Source: a virus (taxonomy: Duplodnaviria; Caudoviricetes). Taken from it: DNA of 52,412 nucleotides. The notes under the pieces were generated by a model. It did not search any database, was not told the DNA's origin, and saw only the letters and a list, made by a program, of their open reading frames with translations. Position numbers and translations under genes: made by a program. Where the stretch lies: positions 1-52,412 of IMG/VR virus record IMGVR_UViG_3300025838_000051. One strand, written 5' to 3'. Shown here in pieces: positions 10,237-18,670 of the stretch (position 1 is the stretch's first letter; the number at the start of each line of letters is the position of its first letter).

Positions 10237-10472
10237 TGCAACTTGGCGATATGGTCACCAAGGCTCTCAGTTCCATCGGTATCACCTCGGAAAGGGTTGA
10301 GCACTACCTTGGTCGCCCTTGTGGATGCAAGGAACGAGCCCGCAAACTGAATGCCCTTGGAGCATGGGCCCGACGGGTGTTAGGCGGCAAAAAGGAGGAT
10401 GCGGAAAAGCATCTCGACAATCTGATCGAACAAGGGGATCCGGGGCCCGTACCGATCAAACTGGAGCGATAA
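10236..10472 (+). CDS. small phage protein with LGD...CGC motif
   Basis: LGDMVTKALSSIGI...CGCKERARKLN; AAGGAGG RBS, TGATG coupling. Confidence 0.6.
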   Translation: MQLGDMVTKALSSIGITSERVEHYLGRPCGCKERARKLNALGAWARRVLGGKKEDAEKHLDNLIEQGDPGPVPIKLER

Positions 10473-10492
10473 TCGTAACCAAGGAGCAAACA

Positions 10493-11341
10493 ATGTACCC
10501 TAACATCGGCATTATCGGTAACGGTGTTGTCGGGCAGGCAATTGCCCGGAGCTATCTGGAACATGCAGAGGTTTTCATCCATGATTCAAGGCCTACGCGG
10601 TCACCGCATACCTTGAAATACGTGCTGAAACATGCCAAAATCATTTTCCTTTGCCTGCCAACGCCATTGCATCGCGATCCAAAACATGGGTTGGATATTT
10701 CGGCCATTCGTTCCGTTTGCCGTCAACTGACAGCCCGGCCTGATCTGGTCTACGTTTTGAAAAGTACCGTTCCGATTGGGACAACCAAAGCCTTGCGACG
10801 GGAATTTTGGCTGGATAACCTGGTTCATTCGCCTGAGTTTCTCACCGCCCGTTGTGCTGCCCTTGATGCCTGCTTGCCCTCCCGGAACATCATTGGCACG
10901 ACAGGAGACCTTCCTGCAGGACCTGTCTGGAAGGACCATGAAATCCGGCTTCTGCATGACCTGTACCAGCAACGGTTCCCGGGAGTGCCGATCCACATCA
11001 TGACCAGTGACGAAAGCGAAGCCGTCAAGCTGTTCCAGAATTCTTTTTTCGCAACCAAGATCTCGATCTTCAACCAGCTCCATCACCTGTGCCAACGGGA
11101 TGGCCTCAATTGGGACAGAATCCTGCCGGGCCTGCTGGCGGATGGCCGGATCCATCCATCTCATACCAAAGTTCCGGGACCGGATGGCAAATACGGCTTT
11201 GGTGGCGAATGTTTGCCCAAAGATCTGGCACAATTGATCTGCGAAATGGAACGCCCTGGTACGATGCCAATTGATGAGAATATTTTTCAGTCTGTTGCCA
11301 ACCGCAATCAGATTGACCGAATTTGGGAGGCCTCCGCATGA
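10493..11341 (+). CDS. ugd: UDP-glucose/GDP-mannose dehydrogenase family protein (short form)
   Basis: IIGNGVVG Rossmann motif, KSTVPIGTT, HSPEFL, EAVKLFQN, GFGGECLPKD; start moved to ATG 10493 behind AAGGAG. Confidence 0.9.
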   Translation: MYPNIGIIGNGVVGQAIARSYLEHAEVFIHDSRPTRSPHTLKYVLKHAKIIFLCLPTPLHRDPKHGLDISAIRSVCRQLTARPDLVYVLKSTVPIGTTKALRREFWLDNLVHSPEFLTARCAALDACLPSRNIIGTTGDLPAGPVWKDHEIRLLHDLYQQRFPGVPIHIMTSDESEAVKLFQNSFFATKISIFNQLHHLCQRDGLNWDRILPGLLADGRIHPSHTKVPGPDGKYGFGGECLPKDLAQLICEMERPGTMPIDENIFQSVANRNQIDRIWEASA

Positions 11342-12312
11342 ATCAACGACCCAAAATCGGTTTGATCGGTTACCGGACGCACCAAGGAGGACTGTCGGAA
11401 GTCAACCGGCAATTAGCGAAATATTGCAATGTCACGGACTGGCTTGTGATTCCTTCGGCAAGCCCGTCTTTGCCCGGCAGTAGCAATATCAAGGACTGGC
11501 AGGTGGATGAAACTGCGGCTTTCGTGCGAGCGGTGGACGTGGTGCTGTTTGCGGAAACGCCCCATTATCCATCCATCCTTGTGGAAGCCCGGAAACAGGG
11601 TAAGGCTGTAGTCTGCATACCCATGCAGGAATGGCTTTTTCCTGAACGGGATCCATGGACATCACTGGTAGATCGCTACCTATGCCCAACCCGGCATTGC
11701 TTTGATCTGTTCAAGGATAAATTGCCCTGCACCCTGTTTGAATGGCCTGCCGATACAGCCAGACATGAGTGCAGGCCAAGGATCAAATGCGAGCAATTTC
11801 TGTGGATCCGGGGCAATGGCGGATTCCTTGGGAGAAAAGGGGAACACACGATCCGGAAATTGGTCCGGCTGTGGCCTGAGATTCCATTGACCATACTCAC
11901 TTGGAATCCGATGCGGGACCTGACTGGCCCCAACCTGCAATACCGGTTTTGTGCAGACGACAACCGCAATATCTACGATGACAGTGACGTCTTGCTGTTA
12001 CCTCACACCCGCGATGGTATTGGCTTGTCCTGTCTGGAAGCGGCTTGTGCAGGCCTGCCCGTCATCGCCACCCATGGCCGTCCGTGGGATGAATATTTCT
12101 TGCTTGACTGGATCGAATCCCAGCAGGACGCGGGATCTTATATCCCTAATGCCCGCCACCTCGAAACCTTGTGTCGCGATTGGCATGGCAAGGGCATTTA
12201 TCAGCAATCCATTGACTCCTACCTATGGGCCAAAGCGCGATCATGGACCAATCGGGCCGGCCTTATTAACCAGCTATTACGGGAGGAACACCTGACATGC
12301 CAACACAAATGA
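11338..12312 (+). CDS. GT-B (GT4-like) glycosyltransferase
   Basis: GRKG; DVLLLP...DGIGLSCLEAACAGLPVIAT motif; ATGA overlap with ugd. Confidence 0.85.
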   Translation: MNQRPKIGLIGYRTHQGGLSEVNRQLAKYCNVTDWLVIPSASPSLPGSSNIKDWQVDETAAFVRAVDVVLFAETPHYPSILVEARKQGKAVVCIPMQEWLFPERDPWTSLVDRYLCPTRHCFDLFKDKLPCTLFEWPADTARHECRPRIKCEQFLWIRGNGGFLGRKGEHTIRKLVRLWPEIPLTILTWNPMRDLTGPNLQYRFCADDNRNIYDDSDVLLLPHTRDGIGLSCLEAACAGLPVIATHGRPWDEYFLLDWIESQQDAGSYIPNARHLETLCRDWHGKGIYQQSIDSYLWAKARSWTNRAGLINQLLREEHLTCQHK

Positions 12313-13082
12313 ACGGAATCACCGTATGTGTGAATTATTCCGACCTGCTGGAAATTACCTTGCGTCGAAACATGCGGCACTTGTCACGGTGCGTGGTCGT
12401 AACAAGCCCGGAGGACGCCAATACGCTCGCCGTTGTAGATTCGGTGCCAAATTGCACAGCCTACGTCACGGATGCGTTTAAAAGGCACGGAGCGGCCTTT
12501 AACAAGGGGCTGGCACTGGAGGAAGGATTTGAATTCCTTGGCAGGCAAGGGGTGATTTGTTCCTGGGACGCGGACATTGTTTTTCCGGACTCATTTCCTG
12601 TTCCAGATGTCCAACCGGGCAAGCTCTATTCCGCCCCCAGACGGATACTGGAACACCCAAGCCGTTTCCGGGAAGGGCTGCATTGGTCGCGATACCCATT
12701 ATCCCGCGAGCAGGTCATGCCCGGGTATCTCCATATTTTCCATGCGGAAGATCCGGTTTTGCAAGAACTGCCTTGGGGGGACGTTACCTTCAGCCATGCA
12801 GGTGGATCGGACGGATTCTTCCAGTCCCGATGGTCTACGGAAAATAAGATCTGGCTTCCGTTTGATGTCTTGCATCTGGGACCACGTGACAGGAACTGGT
12901 TTGGCCGTGCCTCGCAACTGGTGAACGGACAACGGGCCCCGGGTGCGGAAGAGGCTAATCGACAGATTGAGGAGTTTCATCTGGCCAAAGGCTGGAAAAT
13001 TCGAGGACGAAAAAATCCTGCTTACGTGGAGCGAGTTGAAGTGCCAGGGAACAAGCCCCGGGAATGGATACACGGCAGATAA
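12297..13082 (+). CDS. GT-A (GT2-like) glycosyltransferase
   Basis: ITVCVNYSD, FNKGLAL, WDADIVF (DxD), GGSD, VLHLG. Confidence 0.8.
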   Translation: MPTQMNGITVCVNYSDLLEITLRRNMRHLSRCVVVTSPEDANTLAVVDSVPNCTAYVTDAFKRHGAAFNKGLALEEGFEFLGRQGVICSWDADIVFPDSFPVPDVQPGKLYSAPRRILEHPSRFREGLHWSRYPLSREQVMPGYLHIFHAEDPVLQELPWGDVTFSHAGGSDGFFQSRWSTENKIWLPFDVLHLGPRDRNWFGRASQLVNGQRAPGAEEANRQIEEFHLAKGWKIRGRKNPAYVERVEVPGNKPREWIHGR

Positions 13083-13276
13083 AACTAACCCCCGCAGTTC
13101 GAGCCCCCCCGCTGAGGTGACCCGACATTTGCCATTGCTCCTGTGGCGGTTGTGGCCCTCAGCGGGGTTCATAATATTCTGGCGGATAGACGGGCTTGCG
13201 GGCAGTGCGGATCTTGTATTCAGGTTTTGCCCCTAATTTTTTTTTATCTGGATCCTTCATCCCCTCACCCCTTTTT

Positions 13277-13456
13277 TTACCCTGACCACGACCACGACCC
13301 CGACCTCGACACCGACCTCGCCCTCGACCACCTCGACCACTGCTGTCTGGAGCATTTGTACCTTATCGCTTCTGCCGCCGCGATGCCCCCCTCATCCTCC
13401 AGCCAATCGGCATAAATCAAATAATCGTCTGTTGACGCGAAATCAAAATCGCCCAT
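13277..13456 (-). CDS. 59-aa TIGR02996-motif protein with Ser/Arg/Trp tail (absent from ORF track)
   Basis: Translated by hand: MGDFDFASTDDYLIYADWLEDEGGIAAAEAIRYKCSRQQWSRWSRARSVSRSGSWSWSG*; TAATG coupling to upstream gene. Confidence 0.7.
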   Translation of the reverse strand: MGDFDFASTDDYLIYADWLEDEGGIAAAEAIRYKCSRQQWSRWSRARSVSRSGSWSWSG

Positions 13457-13710
13457 TAGATTGCCTCGCTAAAAAGTTTATGCGGCCACGGGATCCAGTT
13501 GACCCATTGAACCGTCACGGCCCCAACTGGTTCAATCTCCATACCCGCAGCCTTGCCATTTTTGACAAAATCTGATAGTTTTCCGCTATCCGCAACCCAG
13601 CTTGCGTCAGCCAAAATTACGGTAAACGGATTCGGTATTTTGACTACACGACCAACCCAATCTTTTGTTACAGTTTGCACGAAAACAACATCGCCTATTT
13701 TAAGATCCAC
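13456..13710 (-). CDS. small beta-barrel phage protein (DUF6948-like)
   Basis: IGDVVFVQTVT..WVGRV...LADASWVADSG pattern. Confidence 0.6.
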   Translation of the reverse strand: MDLKIGDVVFVQTVTKDWVGRVVKIPNPFTVILADASWVADSGKLSDFVKNGKAAGMEIEPVGAVTVQWVNWIPWPHKLFSEAI

Positions 13711-13721
13711 CCCTCACCCCC

Positions 13722-13925
13722 TCACTTTATTATGAGCCATTTTTGAACCATATCCCACGGATAATACCGCTCCCACGGGATAGACATCGCCTCGTTATAG
13801 CGATAGCGTACATGACAATACAAACCACCCGTATCAACCAAAACCTCCTGCGCACTCTCCGGAGGCAACCCGCCCCCGCACGCTGGACCCGGTTGCCAAG
13901 GCAAGGTCTGGTGGGTGTCGGACAT
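13722..13925 (-). CDS. hypothetical protein, paralogue of 13937..14248
   Basis: Start MSDTHQ behind AAGGAG; shares LPWQPGPA and W..V..WLI.K. Confidence 0.6.
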   Translation of the reverse strand: MSDTHQTLPWQPGPACGGGLPPESAQEVLVDTGGLYCHVRYRYNEAMSIPWERYYPWDMVQKWLIIK

Positions 13926-13936
13926 ATTTGTCTCCT

Positions 13937-14248
13937 TTACTTCAAGATTAACCATCGATCTACTTCGCTCCAGTTCCTTTGAGATACCATTCTGTGATTT
14001 TCCGAGTATTGCCATATATCACTATTTTGAAACCTGTAAGCCATATTCCATTCACCAGCGGTATTATGCAGTATGGCATTAGTATAAGATTGTCCCGGCA
14101 AGGCTTCCGGTATAGTTCCCCCGGCTGCTGGCCCATCCTCCCAGATCGGTATTTTGTCGAGCAGGTTTTGTAATGGAGTGGCCCCAGTCCCGCCCGCTGG
14201 CCCCGGCTGCCATGGCAGGGCTGGTTCTACTATATCAGCAATATTCAT
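13937..14248 (-). CDS. hypothetical protein
   Basis: 103 aa, two WxxGPA-GG units, GGGAG RBS. Confidence 0.6.
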   Translation of the reverse strand: MNIADIVEPALPWQPGPAGGTGATPLQNLLDKIPIWEDGPAAGGTIPEALPGQSYTNAILHNTAGEWNMAYRFQNSDIWQYSENHRMVSQRNWSEVDRWLILK

Positions 14249-14597
14249 TCTCCCTCACTTGATTACGAGGTCGATCTTCATAACACAAGTATGGTTCGGG
14301 CCCATGTCCATTAATAATAGTAAAATGTCCTTCGTATTTCTGACCAAGCATTCCCCTTCCGCCGTCTTTTACTTTTTCCGGTTGCAAATGCGATGTAGGT
14401 ACAAACTCCATATAACCGTTTACGAAAACTGCAACGTGATAAAGGTAATAAGTTTTGTTTCTTTTTCCGCGAAAATGATAGCTCCGCAACAAGTCTCCGG
14501 GATATATCGGATAGCCATTGGAATCATGTATTTGTCCCGGTTTCGTCCACCAACAAGGTATTGGCCGATCAGGGCTCGAAGGATTTTCAACGGTCAT
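14235..14597 (-). CDS. YopX-like protein
   Basis: HDSNGYPIYPGDLL resembles the YopX DxNGxxIYEGDI motif; GGAGG RBS. Confidence 0.5.
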   Translation of the reverse strand: MTVENPSSPDRPIPCWWTKPGQIHDSNGYPIYPGDLLRSYHFRGKRNKTYYLYHVAVFVNGYMEFVPTSHLQPEKVKDGGRGMLGQKYEGHFTIINGHGPEPYLCYEDRPRNQVRENEYC

Positions 14598-14794
14598 CTA
14601 AACACCTCCAATGATACGCCTAGCGATTTTGTAATCTGACGCATAGTTTGAAAAGCCGGTCGGGTAGTCCTGCCGTCCTCAATGCGGGTGACCACACTGG
14701 GGAGCAATCCTGACTCCCGGGCCAGCCGGTATATGGTCCATCCCTTTTGCTCGCGAAGGACGCGAAGTCTCTGACCTAATGACAGCTGTTTCAT
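14594..14794 (-). CDS. XRE-family HTH regulator
   Basis: LGQRLRVLREQKGWTIYRLARESGL...IEDG...P...T...I..SLGVSL; GAGGA RBS. Confidence 0.85.
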   Translation of the reverse strand: MKQLSLGQRLRVLREQKGWTIYRLARESGLLPSVVTRIEDGRTTRPAFQTMRQITKSLGVSLEVFR

Positions 14795-14819
14795 GGGTTC
14801 CTCGGATTGCATCTGAGTT

Positions 14820-14848
14820 AATATATCCATTTGTACACTATGAGTCAA
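14820..14848 (-). promoter_or_regulatory. sigma70-type promoter of the leftward accessory operon
   Basis: Minus strand TTGACT-17 nt-TATATT, just upstream of the XRE gene. Confidence 0.65.
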
Positions 14849-14934
14849 CAAAAGATTAAAATAATTTCGTATAAAACTCGAGTTATTTGCCGAGCCTGAA
14901 GCCCGCTATTTTTGCAGGCCAAAATAGGCTATAA

Positions 14935-15143
14935 TGGGTAGAAGGTGGGTAGTACCAAATCACCTAAATTGTTTTGTAATCAAGATTTACGGTTCTCCGA
15001 GCGGGTCTTCATAAGCCGCGTGTCACAGGTTCAAATCCTGTCACCGCTACTGTCGCAACCCCTATCAGCAAAAGAGATTTTATCTCTTACCCCAGCCCGC
15101 TGGGAGTGCCAATAACCCTAAAATAGGTGGGTAAAAATACCCA
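14935..15143. repeat. TGGGTA repeats flanking the attP core (candidate integrase arm sites)
   Basis: TGGGTA at 14935, 14946 and 15128, inverted TACCCA at 15138; GGTGGGTA on both sides of the core. Confidence 0.5.
15008..15050 (+). other. attP core: 3' half of a tRNA with CAT anticodon (Met or Ile2)
   Basis: TTCATAA loop, GCCGC, GTGTC, ACAGG-TTCAAAT-CCTGT T-arm, CACCGCT-A; no D-arm or 5' acceptor strand; 113 bp upstream of integrase. Confidence 0.85.
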
Positions 15144-15163
15144 ACTATTCCGGAGGCACCCCT

Positions 15164-16246
15164 ATGGCACGTTCGCCTATCTGGCCGCCCAAACGTCGCG
15201 TCCACAAAACCGGCCAGGAATATATCTGTTTCAAAAAACACACTTATTATCTCGGTCAGCCAGGTTCGGCTGAAGCCGACGAAAAATATCGTGCCTTGCT
15301 GTTACAGTTGGCTCCTGCTGCTTCCATCGGACTCCCCGTTCCCCCGGACTTGGCTGATCTTACGGTTGAGGATGTTGTCTCCCGGTGGATCGTGGAAGAA
15401 ATTCCTCGCTATCCTCGCAGTTCCCGCGAGCCTGCACAGTTTCGATATAGCCTAGTCCCATTGCTGGAGTTGTTCGGTACGACCCTTGCAAAAAATTTCC
15501 GAGCTGGACAGCTGGAGCAGGTTCAGATGGCCATGGCCAAAACCTTGATTCGACCTGTCGTCAATCGGCGGATTGTCCGGATCCGGACAGTCTGGAGGTG
15601 GGTCGAGCAAAAAGGATTGGTCCCACCTGGATCGTGGGAAAACCTGCGCACACTCAGGGGGCTATCTGCATGGGATGCCCGCGTACGTCAGCCAGCCAAA
15701 AGGCTTGCCATCACTGAAGCCGATATTACCCGCATTGCAAATGCAGCTCCTGCGGTTGTAAGGGCAATGATCTGGACCCAGTATCTGACCGGTATGCGAT
15801 CTGGAGAGGTCCGCACAGCCCGGGTAGGGGAAATTGACCGATTAGGCGATATCTGGATCTATCGACCTGCCAATCACAAAATGGCCTATCGCGGCCAATC
15901 CCGGGCCATTCCAATCGGTCCCCGAGCCCAAGAGTTGCTAAAGCCTTATCTGCTACGACCTTCGGAGGAGTACGTGTTTCATCCCGTCCTTGAAGCCCGT
16001 CGTGGAAATGTCTGTTACAGCGATACCAGCTATGCGCAGGCTTGCAGGCGAGCAGCCCTGTCCTGCGACATCATAGGATTCCATCCCTATTTGCTACGAC
16101 ACGCGGCCAAACAGCATTTGACGGAGCTTTATGGACTGGATACCGCCCGGGCGGTATTGGGACAGCTAAGCCTGGGCACAACCAATCTGTATGGATCAGC
16201 TGTCGATCTGCGTGTCGCCATCAATGCAATACAAAAGTCCGGATAG
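15164..16246 (+). CDS. int: tyrosine recombinase / phage integrase
   Basis: TGMRSGE (R), HK (K), HPYLLRH, LGQ...TTNLY (Y); N-terminal YLGxxGSxEAxxKY arm-binding region. Confidence 0.95.
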   Translation: MARSPIWPPKRRVHKTGQEYICFKKHTYYLGQPGSAEADEKYRALLLQLAPAASIGLPVPPDLADLTVEDVVSRWIVEEIPRYPRSSREPAQFRYSLVPLLELFGTTLAKNFRAGQLEQVQMAMAKTLIRPVVNRRIVRIRTVWRWVEQKGLVPPGSWENLRTLRGLSAWDARVRQPAKRLAITEADITRIANAAPAVVRAMIWTQYLTGMRSGEVRTARVGEIDRLGDIWIYRPANHKMAYRGQSRAIPIGPRAQELLKPYLLRPSEEYVFHPVLEARRGNVCYSDTSYAQACRRAALSCDIIGFHPYLLRHAAKQHLTELYGLDTARAVLGQLSLGTTNLYGSAVDLRVAINAIQKSG

Positions 16247-16462
16247 GCGGTTTACGTCGCTTGTTGTTTTTACAAAGACGGTGGACCTTGACAAAAGGTT
16301 CACCTTTTTTTATTGAGTTGTTTTGTCCCATCTGACCTGCACATTTTTAACAGTTTCAGTGTACAATCATACAGTACCATAAAAATCGTGAACTATCCGA
16401 TTTTCCCCAAAACGCTACAATTGTTGCAGCTGCATTTTTCCTCTTTTAGCTGGACCGGATCC

Positions 16463-16870
16463 ATGAATCAATTTTCATTGGATGAACTGATTGCCGTCAC
16501 GAGAGCGTTCGTTGCCAATCACTACGATGATTCTCCAGATGTCATTAAAATCACAATGAAATCAGGCAAAGAGTTGAGTCTACCAATTCCATCCCGATCT
16601 CCCGTTCCGGTCAATAAACCACAAGAGGACTTAGAGGAAGAATGGGAACCATTTATTCCGACTCCATTTCAACGTGGAATTCTTAAAGCCCTTGACGGAA
16701 AAGCTCTTCGTACGGACGCTCTTGCTGCTGTCGTAGGGGATCGGTCAAGGTTGTTTCGTCGAGGCGGTTTAAATGAGCTTAGAGATCGTGGTATGGTCGC
16801 CAATCATCCTGCTATTGGATTTTACAGGCCAGACGCACCTCCCCCTGAATTGGAAACCACGCTATCTTGA
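16463..16870 (+). CDS. hypothetical protein with possible C-terminal winged helix
   Basis: TPFQRGILKAL...LRTDALAAVVG...LNELRDRGMV...GFY. Confidence 0.55.
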   Translation: MNQFSLDELIAVTRAFVANHYDDSPDVIKITMKSGKELSLPIPSRSPVPVNKPQEDLEEEWEPFIPTPFQRGILKALDGKALRTDALAAVVGDRSRLFRRGGLNELRDRGMVANHPAIGFYRPDAPPPELETTLS

Positions 16871-16962
16871 TGGTTCAATACCAAGTATACACCTAGTTTG
16901 CGACTGAAACGGACCAACATTTTACGCCAAAATGAACTCTCCAATATTCCCGGAGAGTTCAA

Positions 16963-17229
16963 GTGAATCAATATTACACCCCGACAGAATTGGCCCAGCT
17001 GCTCCGACTAAACACCGAGACCATTTATCGGTGGCTACGGCAACAGCGGATAGCGGCCATCAACCTGGGCAGCAGCAATCGCCCGCAATGGAGGATTCCG
17101 GAGCAGGCTGTCCGTCAGCTGACAGGGACAAACAAACAAACCGACCCACCACGAAAGCGGCGGGCCGGTAATAAATTCAATGAAGCTGCGTGGAATTTGC
17201 TGGCAAAAAGGAGTCGTGGGAAATGCTAG
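16963..17229 (+). CDS. xis: excisionase-like HTH_17 DNA-binding protein
   Basis: YYTPTELAQLLRLNTETIYRWLRQQRIAAINLG...WRIP; GGAG RBS. Confidence 0.8.
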   Translation: MNQYYTPTELAQLLRLNTETIYRWLRQQRIAAINLGSSNRPQWRIPEQAVRQLTGTNKQTDPPRKRRAGNKFNEAAWNLLAKRSRGKC

Positions 17230-17235
17230 AAAATT

Positions 17236-17457
17236 TTAATCAACAGGCTCGGTGGATTCATCCATCTCCAGCTGCTTGGTCACAGCCAGCCGAACATACG
17301 AAGACATTGACAGCCCATGCCGACGGCTTTGGTGAAACAGCCGTCGGTATAGCTCAGGATCAACACGGAGATCAACCCGATCGCGGACGTCGGATGTTTC
17401 GTCCGGCTTTTTTTTCTTGGCCACGGGATCGTCCAGCATCAAGACCATATTTATCAT
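17236..17457 (-). CDS. ribbon-helix-helix (CopG/Arc-like) regulator
   Basis: RVDLRVDPELYRRL...SRRHGLSMSSYVRLAV; divergent from the early operon. Confidence 0.75.
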   Translation of the reverse strand: MINMVLMLDDPVAKKKKPDETSDVRDRVDLRVDPELYRRLFHQSRRHGLSMSSYVRLAVTKQLEMDESTEPVD

Positions 17458-17559
17458 CTCCCCATGTTACCAATTACAGCTCACGTACCCTACAGGTAAT
17501 TGTAACGCAGTTTACCAGCCTCCGTACGTATTTTCAACGGATTTTTCCCGATTTTGTTC

Positions 17560-17588
17560 TTGACTGATCCGGGAAACGTACGTACGAT
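17560..17588 (+). promoter_or_regulatory. sigma70-type early promoter overlapped by CGTACG palindromes
   Basis: TTGACT-17 nt-TACGAT; CGTACGTA at 17523 and 17577. Confidence 0.7.
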
Positions 17589-17631
17589 TAACAGAGTAAA
17601 CAACTTTACTCCTATTTGAAAGGAACAGGAC

Positions 17632-17955
17632 ATGAGCGTGGTGCATGTTTCTGAGCCGAAAAAAAAGATGGGACCGGAAGAGGCTAAAACCCTCGTTTCC
17701 CAGCATGATTTTGGCTATCGCTGGCTGTCAATTGACCCCAATCGCAGCGAATACCCGATGGTCCCGGCGATTTGGATTACCGAGTTCGGTCCCCGTATGC
17801 GAATGGTCTTCGACGGATCCGATTGGTTTCTTGATGTCCCAAAAGAGGACCGCCACGAATACCGGCATTTTGGCTTTTATCCTAGTTTGCAGAAATGCCT
17901 GGAGGCCGCCGAAATCCATTACCTGATGGAAACCGTCCCCCGATTTTCAATGTGA
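17632..17955 (+). CDS. hypothetical protein
   Basis: 107 aa, AGGA RBS, first gene after the promoter. Confidence 0.6.
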   Translation: MSVVHVSEPKKKMGPEEAKTLVSQHDFGYRWLSIDPNRSEYPMVPAIWITEFGPRMRMVFDGSDWFLDVPKEDRHEYRHFGFYPSLQKCLEAAEIHYLMETVPRFSM

Positions 17956-17976
17956 TCACCTTGTTGGTGGTTTTTT

Positions 17977-18011
17977 CCCGGGGGAATGCTGGCTTGCTCC
18001 CCCGGGTTTTT
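17977..18011 (+). terminator. hairpin with T-tract
   Basis: CCCGGGGGA...TCCCCCGGG followed by TTTTT. Confidence 0.5.
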
Positions 18012-18037
18012 GATGAGTGTTTTTTTAGGAGACTAAC

Positions 18038-18574
18038 ATGTCCGCCGCATTAAGTTTGTACGGTTTAACCCACAATCATGCAGGTATGGAATTGATGATT
18101 GAGGATGCAATCGATCAGGAGCGTCCTCAGGAAGAGATTGACCGCCTACTACAGGAGCAGCTGGTGCGAGAGGGCCAGATTGAGGCCAAAGTCGATAATT
18201 ATATCCGGTATATCCGCCATCTCGAAGCCGTAGCTGCTGCGAGGCAGGAGGAATCCGACAGGTTGCACCAACTGGTCCAGTCCAGCATGTCCAAGGTTGC
18301 TTCGATGAAGCAGGCCCTCAAAGAGGGCCTGAAAATCTTGGGCAAGCCCAAGTTATCTACCCCCCATCACGAAATCTCTGTCCGCAAAAACGGTGGCAAA
18401 GAGCCGCTGATTATCGAGCCCTCCGCAAATCCGGAAAATCTGGATCAGGGGTGGGTAAAAATTGTTGTAACGAAACGGATTGATACGGACCTTATTCGTC
18501 AGGCACTGGAAAACGGAGAGGTCCTTGATTTTGCCCATTTGGGCCAGCGTGGGGATCACCTGAGTATACGGTAG
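18038..18574 (+). CDS. Siphovirus Gp157 family protein
   Basis: KVDNYIRYIRHLEA...ESDRL...ISVRKN...IDTDLIRQALENGEVLDFAHL...HLSIR. Confidence 0.85.
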   Translation: MSAALSLYGLTHNHAGMELMIEDAIDQERPQEEIDRLLQEQLVREGQIEAKVDNYIRYIRHLEAVAAARQEESDRLHQLVQSSMSKVASMKQALKEGLKILGKPKLSTPHHEISVRKNGGKEPLIIEPSANPENLDQGWVKIVVTKRIDTDLIRQALENGEVLDFAHLGQRGDHLSIR

Positions 18575-18670
18575 AAGATTTGAAGCCTGCAAGCGGTTGT
18601 CGTTTGCGATGCCCTGGGGGCGTTTGGTATACGCGCCCCCGGGGGTTTTGACTACTACAGGAGTTTTACC

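Noticed and set aside
13143-13415. Plus-strand ORF with DHDHDPDLD repeats
   Set aside because: Antisense reading of the Ser/Arg repeat gene 13277..13456.
14990-15050. Complete phage tRNA-Met gene
   Set aside because: No 5' acceptor strand or D-arm and the anticodon stem does not pair; better explained as attP.
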